Shown: piece after piece, positions 42,769 to 52,977 of the stretch | How positions within the stretch are numbered: position 1 is the stretch's first letter | How the letters are laid out: every line of letters starts with the position of its first letter | Assembly (NCBI GenBank): GCA_029858565.1 | Contig: JAOUEV010000009.1 | Coordinates: forward strand, 10,853 to 74,852 | Length of the DNA stretch: 64,000 nt | Source of the DNA: Nitrospirota bacterium | GTDB lineage: Bacteria; Nitrospirota; UBA9217 | Reading direction: 5' to 3' | Program-made: the position numbers and the translations under genes | Notes under the pieces: generated by a model | Database searches by the model: none | Seen by the model: the letters and a program-made list of their open reading frames with translations, nothing else | Told to the model about the DNA's origin: nothing

Positions 42769-42818
42769 TAGCATCGGATTGTCAATCGCTTCCGGTTCGT
42801 CCGGGTTAGGAGAAAATC

Positions 42819-44246
42819 ATGAGCGCAAATATCAAAGACACGCAAAGAATGATCGAAGAAGTCCTGGAAGCCTACCCCGAGAAGTCGAAAAAGGACCGGG
42901 CCAAGCACCTTGCTGCGAACGATCCCACAGGGCAGTGCAGCGCCTGCCAGGTGAAGTCGAACATCAAGTCCCGGCCCGGGGTCATGACCGTGCGCGGCTG
43001 CGCGTACGCGGGCGCAAAGGGCGTGGTCTGGGGACCGGTGAAGGACCAGATCACGATCAGTCACGGTCCTGTGGGCTGCGGCCAGTATTCCTGGTGGTCA
43101 CGCAGGAATTACTATAACGGCCAGACCGGCATAGACGCCTTCGGCACGATGCATATCACCACCGACTTTCAGGAGAAGAACATCGTTTATGGCGGAGACA
43201 AGGGGCTGGATGCGGCAATCAAGGAGCTGCATGGCCTGTTTCCGCTCGGCCGGGGTATCGGCATCCTGTCCGAATGCCCTGTAGGCCTTATCGGCGACGA
43301 TATCGAGGCGGTCTCGAAGCGTGTGGCAAAGGAGATCAATATCCCGATCGTTCCGGTGCGGTGCGAAGGGTTCCGCGGTGTTTCCCAGTCCCTGGGCCAC
43401 CATATCGCGAACGACACGATCCGCGACTACGTGCTTGGCAAGGGTACGCTTGAAAAGACCACTCCCTACGACGTGAACCTGATCGGCGACTACAATATCG
43501 GCGGAGATGCCTGGGCGTCGCGCAAGATCCTCGAAGAGATGGGCTTGCGCGTGATCGCCCAGTACACCGGCGACTCGACGATCAACGAGATCGGGATAGC
43601 GACCAAGGCGAAGCTGAACCTGATCCACTGCTACCGGTCCATGAACTACATCTGCCGTCACATGGAAGAGACCTACGGTATACCGTGGATGGAGTTCAAC
43701 TTCTTCGGACCCACGAAGACGATAGACAGCATCAGGAAGATCGCGGCCAAGTTCGACGAGAAGATCCAGAAGAACGCCGAGGCGGTGATCGCGAAATATC
43801 AGCCGCTTATGGACAAGGTGGTTGAGCAGTATCGGCCGAAGTTGGAAGGCAAGAAAGTGATGCTCTATGTCGGCGGTCTGCGGCCGCGCCATACCATCGG
43901 CGCCTATGAGGATCTTGGTATGGAAGTCGTGGCCTCAGGTTATGAGTTCGGCCATGGCGACGATTACAAGCGAACCTATCCTGAGATGAAGGAAGGCGCG
44001 GTGATCATGGATGACGCGACGCTGTACGAGCTTGAGGAGTTCACCCGAAGGCTCAAGCCCGACATGGTGGGTTCGGGCATCAAGGAAAAGTATTCCTACC
44101 ACAAGCTCGGGGTGCCGTTCAGGCAGATGCATTCCTGGGATTATTCGGGGCCTTATCACGGATTCGACGGGTTCCCGGTCTTCGCGCGGGACATGGATAT
44201 GACCGTGAACAGCCCGACGTGGGGATTAATCCGAAGGAAGAAGTAG
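42819..44246 (+). CDS. nifD: Nitrogenase MoFe protein alpha chain
   Basis: P-cluster Cys (RGCAY, VGCGQ, SECPV); FeMo-co ligands IHCYRS and MHSWDY. Confidence 0.98.
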   Translation: MSANIKDTQRMIEEVLEAYPEKSKKDRAKHLAANDPTGQCSACQVKSNIKSRPGVMTVRGCAYAGAKGVVWGPVKDQITISHGPVGCGQYSWWSRRNYYNGQTGIDAFGTMHITTDFQEKNIVYGGDKGLDAAIKELHGLFPLGRGIGILSECPVGLIGDDIEAVSKRVAKEINIPIVPVRCEGFRGVSQSLGHHIANDTIRDYVLGKGTLEKTTPYDVNLIGDYNIGGDAWASRKILEEMGLRVIAQYTGDSTINEIGIATKAKLNLIHCYRSMNYICRHMEETYGIPWMEFNFFGPTKTIDSIRKIAAKFDEKIQKNAEAVIAKYQPLMDKVVEQYRPKLEGKKVMLYVGGLRPRHTIGAYEDLGMEVVASGYEFGHGDDYKRTYPEMKEGAVIMDDATLYELEEFTRRLKPDMVGSGIKEKYSYHKLGVPFRQMHSWDYSGPYHGFDGFPVFARDMDMTVNSPTWGLIRRKK

Positions 44247-44294
44247 GAACGAAGAATTAAGAAAAGAAGCTCGAAAACAAAAGACAAAGCATCT

Positions 44295-44390
44295 ACCGCT
44301 GAGCCGCGGAGACGCAGAGAACGGCGATTATATAGAAGTTTGAAAGAAACTAATTCGGTTTTCCTCGGCGCCTCGGCGTCTCTGCGGTGA
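44295..44390. repeat. Inverted nonamer-period element between nifD and nifK
   Basis: accgctgagccgcggagacgcagag ... ctcggcgcctcggcgtctctgcggt. Confidence 0.7.
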
Positions 44391-44409
44391 AAAAAGTCTG
44401 GAGGATTCT

Positions 44410-45918
44410 ATGAAGATCAGAGACCATAGCGAGTTGTTCAAACAGCAGGATTACCAGGAGCAATTCCAACGCAAGAAGGAATTCGAGAACGGCTGGCCCG
44501 CGGAGAAGGTGAAGGAGGTCTCCGAGTGGACCAAGACCAAGGAGTACCAGGAGCTGAACTTCAAGCGGGAGAATATCAAGATCAATCCCGCGAAGGCCTG
44601 CCAGCCCCTGGGAGCGGTGTTCTGCGCATCAGGATTCGCCGGCGCCATGCCTTTTGTGCAGGGAGCGCAGGGATGTGTTGCCTATTTCCGCAGCCATCTT
44701 TCCCGCCACTTCAAGGAGCCTTTTGCCGCCATTTCCACGTCCATGACCGAGGACGCGGCGGTCTTCGGCGGCCTGAACAACATGCTGGAGGGCCTGGAGA
44801 ACGCCCATACGTTGTATAAACCGAAGATGATAGCGGTCTCCACGACCTGCATGGCCGAGGTGATCGGCGATGATCTGAACGCCTACATCAAGACCGCGAA
44901 GGAGAAAGGCGTCATACCGCAGGACCTTCCGGTGCCTTTCGCGCATACCCCGAGCTTTGTGGGCTCCCACATCGTGGGCTACGATAACATGATGAAGGGC
45001 ATACTAAAGACACTTTCGGCGGGAAAGAAAGGCGAATCAAACGGGAAAGTGAACATTATCCCCGGATTCGACACCTACACGGGCGATTATCACGAGATCA
45101 AGCGTCTGATGGGCTTGATGGGAGTAGAGGCCACGGTGCTTGCCGATGTGAGCGACACCTTTGATTCTCCCAACACCGGTGAATACAAGCTTTACCCCGG
45201 AGGCACGCCGCTCGATGCCGCAATGGACGCGGTGAACGCCGTCGGATCGATCGCGCTTCAGAGCTATTCCACGGCAAAGACCATGGATTTCATTGAGAAG
45301 GAATGGGGCCATCAAAAAAGGCTGTCCATAACCCCTATCGGCGTAAGAAATACCGATAAGTTCTTTGAAGAACTGAGCAAGCTTACCGGCAAGGCAATGC
45401 CGGCTGCAATCGAGGCAGAACGGGGCAGGGCTGTTGATGCTATGGTGGATTCGCACCCCTATGTTCACGGCAAACGCTTTGCCCTGGTTGGCGATCCGGA
45501 CATGCTGCTCGGCATGATCAGCCTGATCATGGAAATGGGCGGCGAGCCCGTGCATGTGGTCTGCACGAACGGGGACAAGAAATTCGAGGCCGAAGCAAAG
45601 GAACTGCTCGCATCGAGTCCCTTTGGCGCCAATGCCACGGTATACGCGGGCAAGGACATGTGGCACCTCCGGTCGCTCCTGTTCACGGACCCGGTGGACC
45701 TTCTGGTCGGGAACTCCTATGCAAAGTTCCTGAAGCAGGATACGGGAACGCCCCTGGTGCGGTTCGGTTTCCCGATCTTCGACCGGCACCATCTGCACCG
45801 TCAGCCGGTGATCGGGTATCAGGGCGTGATCAATCTTGTGACCATGCTGGTGAATACGGCATTGGAGGAGCTGGACAAGAAGACCGAAGGGTCGGCGAGC
45901 TTTGATGTGATCAGATAA
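44410..45918 (+). CDS. nifK: Nitrogenase MoFe protein beta chain
   Basis: NPAKACQPLG, QGCVAYFR, TTCMAEVIGDD, HTPSFVGSH, GFPIFDRHH. Confidence 0.98.
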   Translation: MKIRDHSELFKQQDYQEQFQRKKEFENGWPAEKVKEVSEWTKTKEYQELNFKRENIKINPAKACQPLGAVFCASGFAGAMPFVQGAQGCVAYFRSHLSRHFKEPFAAISTSMTEDAAVFGGLNNMLEGLENAHTLYKPKMIAVSTTCMAEVIGDDLNAYIKTAKEKGVIPQDLPVPFAHTPSFVGSHIVGYDNMMKGILKTLSAGKKGESNGKVNIIPGFDTYTGDYHEIKRLMGLMGVEATVLADVSDTFDSPNTGEYKLYPGGTPLDAAMDAVNAVGSIALQSYSTAKTMDFIEKEWGHQKRLSITPIGVRNTDKFFEELSKLTGKAMPAAIEAERGRAVDAMVDSHPYVHGKRFALVGDPDMLLGMISLIMEMGGEPVHVVCTNGDKKFEAEAKELLASSPFGANATVYAGKDMWHLRSLLFTDPVDLLVGNSYAKFLKQDTGTPLVRFGFPIFDRHHLHRQPVIGYQGVINLVTMLVNTALEELDKKTEGSASFDVIR

Positions 45919-45921
45919 TTC

Positions 45922-45979
45922 GTAGGGGCGGCCCCGCGTGGCCGCCCTATGCAGGGCAACCACATGGGGTTGCCCCTAC
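45922..45979. repeat. GTAG-family REP doublet, copy 2
   Basis: GTAGGGGCGGCCCCGCGTGGCCGCCC ... GGGCAACCACATGGGGTTGCCCCTAC. Confidence 0.85.
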
Positions 45980-45991
45980 GGAGAGAATCTT

Positions 45992-48622
45992 ATGACCACG
46001 GCAATCGACAAATACACGGCAGACGGATGCGCCACCGACGACAAGCACAAGGTCTGTCGTTCCCGGGGCGGAGAATCCTGCGCTTTCGACGGTGCGATGA
46101 TCGTGCTCCAGCCGATAAAGGACGCTGCACACGTGGTCCACGGTCCTATCGCCTGCTGCGGCAATTCATGGGAGGGCAGGGGCACACTGTCGCGTTCCGT
46201 GAATGCGGCCGAGTTCCCCCTGGTCCGCATGGGCTTCACGACCGACATGACGGAGATTGACATTGTTTACGGAGCTGAAGAAAAGCTCTACCGGGGGATA
46301 CTGAAGACCGCGGCCCGGGTGAAGCCAAAGGCCCTGTTTGTCCACGCAACCTGTGTGAGCGGTCTGATCGGCGAAGACATAAACGCTGTCTGCAAAAGGG
46401 CGCAGCTTGAACTCGGCATCCCGGTGATCCCGGTCAATGCTCCGGGTTTCACCGGTCCCAAGAACCTGGGCAACCGGATCGCCGGGGAGGTGCTCCTGGA
46501 CCATGTCATCGGTACTGACGAGCCTCCTGTGCAAACGCACTTCGACATCAACCTTATCGGCGAATACAATATCGCCGGCGACCTTTGGCTGGTCGAGCCG
46601 CTACTGACAGCCGCGGGTATTCATGTCCTGTCAAGGATCACCGGAGACGCGACCTTTGAAGAGATCACCTGGGCGCACCGGGCAAAGCTTAATGTGGTGG
46701 TCTGCGGCAGAGCGCTGATCAACGTTGCCCGGGAGATGGAACGGAGATATGGCATTCCTTTTGTGGAAGTGTCGTTCTTCGGCAGCACCGAAATTGCCAA
46801 GGCACTACGGGCTATCGGCAACAAACTGCAGGAGTCGGGATGCGCGGGCCTCCTCGATGTCGTAGAAACGCATATTAAGGTCGCTGAAAAGAAGCTCCAG
46901 GAAGAACTAAAGCCTTACAGACACTTGCGCGGCACGAAGGCTGTGCTTTACACGGGCGGAGTAAAAAGCTGGTCGTTCATATCGGCGCTCCGGGACCTGG
47001 GTATCGAGGTCGTTGCCGTGGGAACGAAGAAGAGCACGTTCGAGGACGAGGAGAAAATGAAAGAACTTCTCGGGCCGCAGGCGCCTCTCATTGAGGACGT
47101 TACCCCGAAGAACCTGCTGCGGCTCTTGAAGGAACACAAAGCCGATATGCTGATCGCGGGAGGAAGGAATCAGTATCTGGCTGTCAAGGAAGGGTATCCT
47201 TTTGTTGATGTGAACCAGGAGCGCCATACTGCCTACGCGGGATATGATGGACTGGTCAATCTGGCGGAGCAGATCAGCAATGGCATGCGGTTCTACAAAG
47301 GCAGTGCGAAGTGCGAAGTGCGGAGTGTGGATTACGGAGCAAAGACGACCACGGCCAAAGAACTAAATTCCGCACTCAGAATCAATCCCCTGAAGCATTC
47401 TCCCGCCATTGGTGCTGCCATGGCGATCCAGGGCATCCACAACGCGCTGCCGATTATCCATGGAGCGCAGGGTTGCGGATTTCTCGGCAAGGTATTGTTG
47501 ACGAAACACTTTCGGGAGCCTGTCGCGCTTGCCACATCCAAGCTTTTTGTCGAAGACGTGGTGATGGGCAGCGAGGAGCGGTTGATCAATACCGTGAAGG
47601 ATTTCATGGAAAAGAGTTCGCCTGACCTGATCGCCGTGCTTACCTCGGGGCTTTCGGAAGTGAAAGGGGACGATGTTCAAGCAGTTGTCAGGAAGCAGGA
47701 AGCAGAAGCAGGAAGTAACGGAAGGAATACGTCGATCATTCATGTATCGACACCGGACTATGACGGAGGACTTGAATCGGGCTACGCAAAGGCAGTAGAG
47801 GCAGCTCTGGAAATTGCGGTGCGCGAAGTGCGGAGCGCGGAGTCGGATCAAATCAACGTTCTAGCGGGTTCACACCTGACGCCCGGAGATATCAACGAGC
47901 TGCGTGACATTGTCGAGTCCTTCGGACTGCGGCCGATCATTCTTCCTGATCTGTCGTCGCTCGACGGCAGCAGGCAAGGCTTCTCGGGTCTTTCCAAGGG
48001 AGGAACACAGTTAACGGACATCCGGTCCATGGGTTCTTCACTCCGGACGTTCGCGATCGGCAGAAGCATGGAGCGGGCGGCCGGAATTCTCCGGGACCGC
48101 TACGGTGTCGCCGCTGTTCTTCTTGATTCTGTAGCCGGACTGGAAGATACCGACAGGTTGCTGCATGAACTGAGCCTTGTCAGCGGCCGTCGGATACCGG
48201 AACGTTACCAGCGGCAGCGCAGGATGCTTGTGGACGGAGTGCGGGACGGACAGTTCTATTTCGGATCAAAGAGGGTCTGCCTGGCGCTGGAACCGGATCA
48301 CTCCTTGCAGATGTCCCGGTGGCTCAGGGAGACAGGGGCGACAACGGCATTGAGCATCATTCCAACACTGAGCAACGCAGCGGATCACATCGAAGCGGAG
48401 CATGTGGAGATCGGAGACCTCTTCTCGATCCAGGGAAAATACGATCTGATCATCGCGAATTCTCATGCTCAGGAAAGCGCGGAGCAAATGAGGATCCCGC
48501 TCTATGAAGCGGGGTTTCCAGTCTTTAAATCGCTGGGATATGCGCAAAAGGCGATGGTCGGGTATCGAGGAGCACTTGCCATGGTGAATGAGATCGGGAG
48601 TTTGTTAATGCGGGGGCATTAA
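45992..48622 (+). CDS. nifEN: Fused FeMo-cofactor scaffold NifE-NifN
   Basis: NifE half (CAFDGA, HGPIAC, NQERHTAYAGY) then NifN half (NPLKHS, HGAQGC, HFREP) in one ORF. Confidence 0.95.
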   Translation: MTTAIDKYTADGCATDDKHKVCRSRGGESCAFDGAMIVLQPIKDAAHVVHGPIACCGNSWEGRGTLSRSVNAAEFPLVRMGFTTDMTEIDIVYGAEEKLYRGILKTAARVKPKALFVHATCVSGLIGEDINAVCKRAQLELGIPVIPVNAPGFTGPKNLGNRIAGEVLLDHVIGTDEPPVQTHFDINLIGEYNIAGDLWLVEPLLTAAGIHVLSRITGDATFEEITWAHRAKLNVVVCGRALINVAREMERRYGIPFVEVSFFGSTEIAKALRAIGNKLQESGCAGLLDVVETHIKVAEKKLQEELKPYRHLRGTKAVLYTGGVKSWSFISALRDLGIEVVAVGTKKSTFEDEEKMKELLGPQAPLIEDVTPKNLLRLLKEHKADMLIAGGRNQYLAVKEGYPFVDVNQERHTAYAGYDGLVNLAEQISNGMRFYKGSAKCEVRSVDYGAKTTTAKELNSALRINPLKHSPAIGAAMAIQGIHNALPIIHGAQGCGFLGKVLLTKHFREPVALATSKLFVEDVVMGSEERLINTVKDFMEKSSPDLIAVLTSGLSEVKGDDVQAVVRKQEAEAGSNGRNTSIIHVSTPDYDGGLESGYAKAVEAALEIAVREVRSAESDQINVLAGSHLTPGDINELRDIVESFGLRPIILPDLSSLDGSRQGFSGLSKGGTQLTDIRSMGSSLRTFAIGRSMERAAGILRDRYGVAAVLLDSVAGLEDTDRLLHELSLVSGRRIPERYQRQRRMLVDGVRDGQFYFGSKRVCLALEPDHSLQMSRWLRETGATTALSIIPTLSNAADHIEAEHVEIGDLFSIQGKYDLIIANSHAQESAEQMRIPLYEAGFPVFKSLGYAQKAMVGYRGALAMVNEIGSLLMRGH

Positions 48623-48657
48623 GAGACCGGAAGGGGTAAGGGGGAAGGAGGAACGTC

Positions 48658-49050
48658 ATGAAGGTCGCATTCGCTACATCCGACGGGAAAAATGTTGATG
48701 AACATTTCGGCAGAGCAGGGAAGTTTGCGGTCTATGAGATGAACGCAAGCGGTTTCCTGTATCTGGAAACGAGGACCTTTGCCGAAGGACTGGACCTGGC
48801 AGTCACATCCACAAAGGACAAGGGGCAGGCGCATGAAGACGCTGTGCAGGCAAAGGTGGAAAAACTCGCCGACTGCAGGCTGATCTATCTGACGGAGATC
48901 GGCGGACCGTCAGCCGCGCGTCTGGTCCGTAAGGGCATCATGCCGATGAAGGTCAAGGAATCCGGGCCCATTGAGATAGAGCTTGACCGTCTCTCGACAC
49001 TCATAAGGACATCGCCGCCGCCGTGGTTGAAAAAGTCGATAAACAATTAA
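48658..49050 (+). CDS. nifX: FeMo-co precursor carrier NifX
   Basis: MKVAFAT...VDEHFGRA, IGGPSAARL, PPPWL motifs. Confidence 0.92.
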   Translation: MKVAFATSDGKNVDEHFGRAGKFAVYEMNASGFLYLETRTFAEGLDLAVTSTKDKGQAHEDAVQAKVEKLADCRLIYLTEIGGPSAARLVRKGIMPMKVKESGPIEIELDRLSTLIRTSPPPWLKKSINN

Positions 49051-49065
49051 GGGAATATCGCGAAT

Positions 49066-49122
49066 TTAGGGGCGGTCCTGCGTGGCCGCCCGGGGAGGGC
49101 AACCACATAGGGTTGCCCCTAC
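49066..49122. repeat. GTAG-family REP doublet, copy 3
   Basis: TTAGGGGCGGTCCTGCGTGGCCGCCC ... GGGCAACCACATAGGGTTGCCCCTAC. Confidence 0.85.
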
Positions 49123-49152
49123 TTAATATCTGAGGAACGAAGGAGGCATGCA

Positions 49153-49470
49153 ATGAAGATGATTCGAGCTTTTATCAGGCCGGAAAAAGAGCAGGAAGTG
49201 GTGTTGGCGCTGGATGGTGCGGGCTTCCCCTCGCTCACCAAGATGCCGGTGTTCGGAAGGGGAAAGCAAAAGGGGCTCACCGTCGGGCCGGTCCATTACG
49301 ACGAGTTGCCCAAGACGCTTATTATGACCGTTGTCGAGGACAAGGACACCGACAAGGTCATTAAAGTGATCCAGGACAAGGCAAAGACCGGTTTCATCGG
49401 CGACGGCAAGATCTTTGTCAGCCCGGTGGAGACCGCTTTTACGGTCAGAACCGGCGAAGCAGTGCTGTAA
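49153..49470 (+). CDS. nifI1: P-II family nitrogenase regulator NifI1
   Basis: MKMIRAFIRPEK, VFGRGKQKG, YDELPK, GDGKIFV. Confidence 0.9.
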   Translation: MKMIRAFIRPEKEQEVVLALDGAGFPSLTKMPVFGRGKQKGLTVGPVHYDELPKTLIMTVVEDKDTDKVIKVIQDKAKTGFIGDGKIFVSPVETAFTVRTGEAVL

Positions 49471-49554
49471 GAAGTGTGGAATGCGAAGTGCGGGGTAAGA
49501 AGCGAATCCATCACCGCTCTTCTGCGGCAATATATTTAATTTGGAGGTTTCAAT

Positions 49555-49971
49555 ATGAAGGAAATAACTGCCATCATTCGACGGGACAAGCTTCCCGAGA
49601 CCAAGAAAGCCCTGGACGACCTCGGCTATCCATCGCTCACGATCCAGAGCGTTGAGGGCCGGGGCAAGCAAAGGGGCGCCATGTGCGGGGAGATGGATTC
49701 GGAACTGCCGGAAAGCTTCTGTACCACGGCAAAGCTTAAACCCACACCGTCCGCTTATGCGCTGGAGCATACGCTCCCCAAGGTGGCGCTCTATGTGCCC
49801 AAGCGGCTCCTGACCATCGTGGTCCCCGACGACGTGGTCACGACCGTGGTCAAGTCGATCGTGAAGGTGAACCAGACAGGTAAAGCAGGCGACGGCAAGA
49901 TCTTCGTGGCGCCCGTGGAGGGTGCACTGCGGGTCCGGACCGGGGAAAAGAACGGGGAAGCAATAGCGTAA
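49555..49971 (+). CDS. nifI2: P-II family nitrogenase regulator NifI2 (long T-loop)
   Basis: MKEITAIIR, VEGRGK, VPKRLL, NQTGKAGDGKIFV. Confidence 0.88.
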   Translation: MKEITAIIRRDKLPETKKALDDLGYPSLTIQSVEGRGKQRGAMCGEMDSELPESFCTTAKLKPTPSAYALEHTLPKVALYVPKRLLTIVVPDDVVTTVVKSIVKVNQTGKAGDGKIFVAPVEGALRVRTGEKNGEAIA

Positions 49972-50056
49972 AGAACGTGGCCGGTGGCCCGTAGCCTGGA
50001 AGTGCGAATTCCCGGCTCCCGGCTACCGGACCCTGGTCCCATTTTGGGAGGTTGTT

Positions 50057-50335
50057 ATGTCTCAAATAATCGGAACCACCCGGGGCGGGAAGTCCTGGAA
50101 ACCCCGGTTTATCGATGCCATTGTAATGGAAAAGTGCATCGGCTGCGGACGCTGCTACAAGGTCTGCGGTTTCGATGTGCTCGAGTTGATCGAAAAGCCT
50201 TTTGAAGGTGAAGACGAATACGGCGATGACATGGGCAACAAGGTCATGTCCGTGGCGCGGCCGGAGAACTGCATCGGCTGTGAAGCCTGCGCCAGGACCT
50301 GTACGAAGAAATGTCACGTACACGTTGAATTGTGA
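50057..50335 (+). CDS. fdxB: nif-specific ferredoxin III
   Basis: TRGGKSWKP, CIGCGRCYKVC and CIGCEACARTC. Confidence 0.9.
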   Translation: MSQIIGTTRGGKSWKPRFIDAIVMEKCIGCGRCYKVCGFDVLELIEKPFEGEDEYGDDMGNKVMSVARPENCIGCEACARTCTKKCHVHVEL

Positions 50336-50342
50336 GCTGCCA

Positions 50343-50861
50343 ATGCCTGGATCGGACGCAAAGAACCGGCTCCATGGCGCTCCATCAGCGGTTCCGGGAC
50401 TGAGCAGGGGGGAAATCACGGTCAGACCGGCGCGGCCGGGGGATATTCCCCGAATGGCGGAACTGCTTGCGGACCTCTTTGCCCTGGAGTCGGATTTCAC
50501 GCCCCAACGGGAACAGCAGATCGACGGCTTGAGCTATCTGCTTGCAGACCCTATCGGCAGGACGCGGGTGTTTGTCGCTGAACACGCCTGTACGGTTGTG
50601 GGCATGGCATCGGTGCAGATGCTCATTTCGACGGCCGAGGGCGGCAGGGTCGGCATCGTGGAGGATGTTGTTGTGGAACTCAAGTACCGGCGGCGAGGCA
50701 TCGGAGCGCTGTTGCTCAGGGAACTCGTTGACTGGAGCAAACAAAAAGGGCTTCGGCGACTTCAGCTGCTTGCAGATCACGATAACCGCAGGGCGCTCGA
50801 TTTTTACCATAAGAACGGGTGGGTCGGTACAAATTTGATCTGCCTGAGAATGATGCTCTGA
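50343..50861 (+). CDS. GNAT-family acetyltransferase
   Basis: VEDVVVELKYRRRGIG acetyl-CoA motif, N..ALDFY. Confidence 0.87.
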   Translation: MPGSDAKNRLHGAPSAVPGLSRGEITVRPARPGDIPRMAELLADLFALESDFTPQREQQIDGLSYLLADPIGRTRVFVAEHACTVVGMASVQMLISTAEGGRVGIVEDVVVELKYRRRGIGALLLRELVDWSKQKGLRRLQLLADHDNRRALDFYHKNGWVGTNLICLRMML

Positions 50862-51032
50862 CCGTGAGCCGGATATTCAAGACGAACGCCTGACCTGACC
50901 ATGAGTTGCCTAAGAGAACGATGAGCCTGAATCTCTCCATGATCTGCTTAATCCTTGAGCAGGTGCTTCAACCCATGCATAAACATCCCCGCAGCTGGAT
51001 CGCTATCCGCTTGTAAATCCGCATCAATGATC

Positions 51033-51048
51033 TGGCAGCGTAATTGCT
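51033..51048 (+). promoter_or_regulatory. Sigma54 promoter of nifB-modABC
   Basis: TGGCAGCGTAATTGCT; upstream boxes at 50945 (TGCTTAATCCTTGAGCA) and 50964. Confidence 0.85.
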
Positions 51049-51086
51049 ATGTAGCTCATCAAGATAAGTGAATCGAGGTGACGACC

Positions 51087-51968
51087 ATGGCAAAGAGCAA
51101 TCAGGACATACTGAGCACCCATCCCTGTTTCAATGTGAACGCTCATGGATCCTTCGGCAGGATCCACCTTGCCGTAGCTCCGGCGTGCAATATCCAATGC
51201 CGCTATTGCGAACGCAAGTACGATTGTGCCAATGAATCGCGGCCCGGTGTCACGAGCAGGGTCCTCGATCCCGGGGAAGCGGTGGAGCGGGTCGGAACGT
51301 TCCTGGAACGGAACAGCAGGGTGAGCGTGGTCGGCATCGCGGGTCCGGGCGATCCGCTTGCGAACGACGCGACCTTCGAGACCCTGCGGGCGATCCACGG
51401 GAAATTCCCCGAGCTTACGCTCTGCGTTTCCACGAACGGCCTGCTGCTCTCCGAACGTCTCTCGGACCTGGTTAGTGCCGGCGTCAGGAGCATAACGGTC
51501 ACGATCAACGCGGTATCACCGGCCGTGGCTGAAAAAGTATATGCCTGGGTATCGTACCGGGGACGGAAATTATCAGGTGTTCAGGCAGCCGAAACGCTGG
51601 TGCGCAATCAGTGGCAGGGACTGATCAATGCGATCGAAGCGGGGCTGCTGGTGAAGGTCAATTCAGTGTACATCCCCGGCGTGAACGGCGATGAACTTGT
51701 CAGGATAGCGCGGCTTGCCGGGAGCTTCGGCGCGGATATCATGAACGTTCTGCCGCTCATTCCCCAGGCATCGTTCAAAGAGTTCAAGCGGCCAGGTTAT
51801 GAAATGCTCCATGCGAAGCGTGACGAGCTTCGGCCTTTTATCAGCCAGATGTCCCACTGCCGCCAATGCCGGGCTGATGCCTGCGGTACCCTGGGCGAGG
51901 ACAAGGACATGGATACCGAGCTGCTCATGGCGCGGATCGGCGAGGAATATACGGAGTCGGTCGTCTAG
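51087..51968 (+). CDS. nifB: Single-domain NifB radical SAM enzyme (no NifX domain)
   Basis: HPC, CNIQCRYC, ESRPG, AGPGDPL, TVTIN, CRQCRADA motifs all present. Confidence 0.93.
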   Translation: MAKSNQDILSTHPCFNVNAHGSFGRIHLAVAPACNIQCRYCERKYDCANESRPGVTSRVLDPGEAVERVGTFLERNSRVSVVGIAGPGDPLANDATFETLRAIHGKFPELTLCVSTNGLLLSERLSDLVSAGVRSITVTINAVSPAVAEKVYAWVSYRGRKLSGVQAAETLVRNQWQGLINAIEAGLLVKVNSVYIPGVNGDELVRIARLAGSFGADIMNVLPLIPQASFKEFKRPGYEMLHAKRDELRPFISQMSHCRQCRADACGTLGEDKDMDTELLMARIGEEYTESVV

Positions 51969-51978
51969 GTGGTTCGCG

Positions 51979-52146
51979 ATGGTTATCCTGCTTGGCGTAG
52001 CATCTTTCGGGATCGTGGCCTTTGTCCTGTCCTTGGCGATGGGCAAACGGACCAAGAGCGCCGATCAAAGCGAGGTCTCCGCTTCGGTTCTCCTGGTATC
52101 CTGGGATGAGATGCTTTTCGGCATGTATCTCATGCGGTTCTCGTAG
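51979..52146 (+). CDS. Putative 55-aa single-TM protein
   Basis: AGGTGG before ATG; hydrophobic N-terminal helix; fills the nifB-modA gap. Confidence 0.4.
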   Translation: MVILLGVASFGIVAFVLSLAMGKRTKSADQSEVSASVLLVSWDEMLFGMYLMRFS

Positions 52147-52193
52147 CGGTCGGCGAAGGCGGTGCTGTTGCACACCGTTCGCGAGGAGGTTCT

Positions 52194-52967
52194 ATGCGCG
52201 CATTCGAGAAATTGATCATCGTTATCGCAACGATCCTTTGCTGTACCGCCGGGGCCGCATGGTCGCAGCCGGGACAGGAGTTGACCGTGGCGGCAGCGCT
52301 CAGCCTGAAGAGCGCATTCGAGGAGATCGCTGTCCTGTACGAGGAGAAATACCCCGGAGAGCGCATAAGGTTCAACTTCGCCGCATCCGGTGTGCTGCAG
52401 CGACAGATCGAGGCTGGAGTGCCGGTGGATGTTTTTGCTTCGGCAGCATCCCGCGAACTGGACGAACTGGAGCGTAAAAAACTGCTTGCCGATGGTTCGA
52501 GAAGGAGCTTTGCCCGAAACCGGATCGTTCTGATCGTTCCTGCCGGCGTAACGACCAGGATTCATTCCTTCGCGGACCTTGCGGATATTGCGGTGAAGCG
52601 GCTCGCCATGGGTAATCCCGCCACCGTGCCCGCGGGAAAATATGCAGATGAGGTTCTGCGGCTGAGTGGTATGCGTGACAGGTTATCCGGCAGACTGGTC
52701 CTTTGCGAAAACGTGCGGCAGGTGCTGGATTACACCGTCCGCAACGAGGTGGATGCCGGGATCCTCTTCGCGACCGATGCCGCTGCCGTTCGCGGGGTCG
52801 TGGTAGCTGCGACAGCCCCTGCGGGAAGCCACAGCCCGGCGGTCTATCACGCTGCGGCCTTGAAGGACGCTAAACGCGGGGCTGCCGCACGAAACTTTAT
52901 CGATCTGCTGCTTTCCTCGGAGGGGCAGGCGGTGCTGAAGCGCAGGGGATTCCAGGCTGCTCAATGA
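52194..52967 (+). CDS. modA: Molybdate ABC transporter substrate-binding protein
   Basis: AAALSL, FAASGVL, GNPATVPAGKYA, ENVRQVL. Confidence 0.94.
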   Translation: MRAFEKLIIVIATILCCTAGAAWSQPGQELTVAAALSLKSAFEEIAVLYEEKYPGERIRFNFAASGVLQRQIEAGVPVDVFASAASRELDELERKKLLADGSRRSFARNRIVLIVPAGVTTRIHSFADLADIAVKRLAMGNPATVPAGKYADEVLRLSGMRDRLSGRLVLCENVRQVLDYTVRNEVDAGILFATDAAAVRGVVVAATAPAGSHSPAVYHAAALKDAKRGAAARNFIDLLLSSEGQAVLKRRGFQAAQ

Positions 52968-52977
52968 AGGAGACACT

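Noticed and set aside
42819-45918. Alternative (V or Fe-only) nitrogenase
   Set aside because: No vnfG/anfG between D and K; Mo-type ligand motifs and modABC are present.
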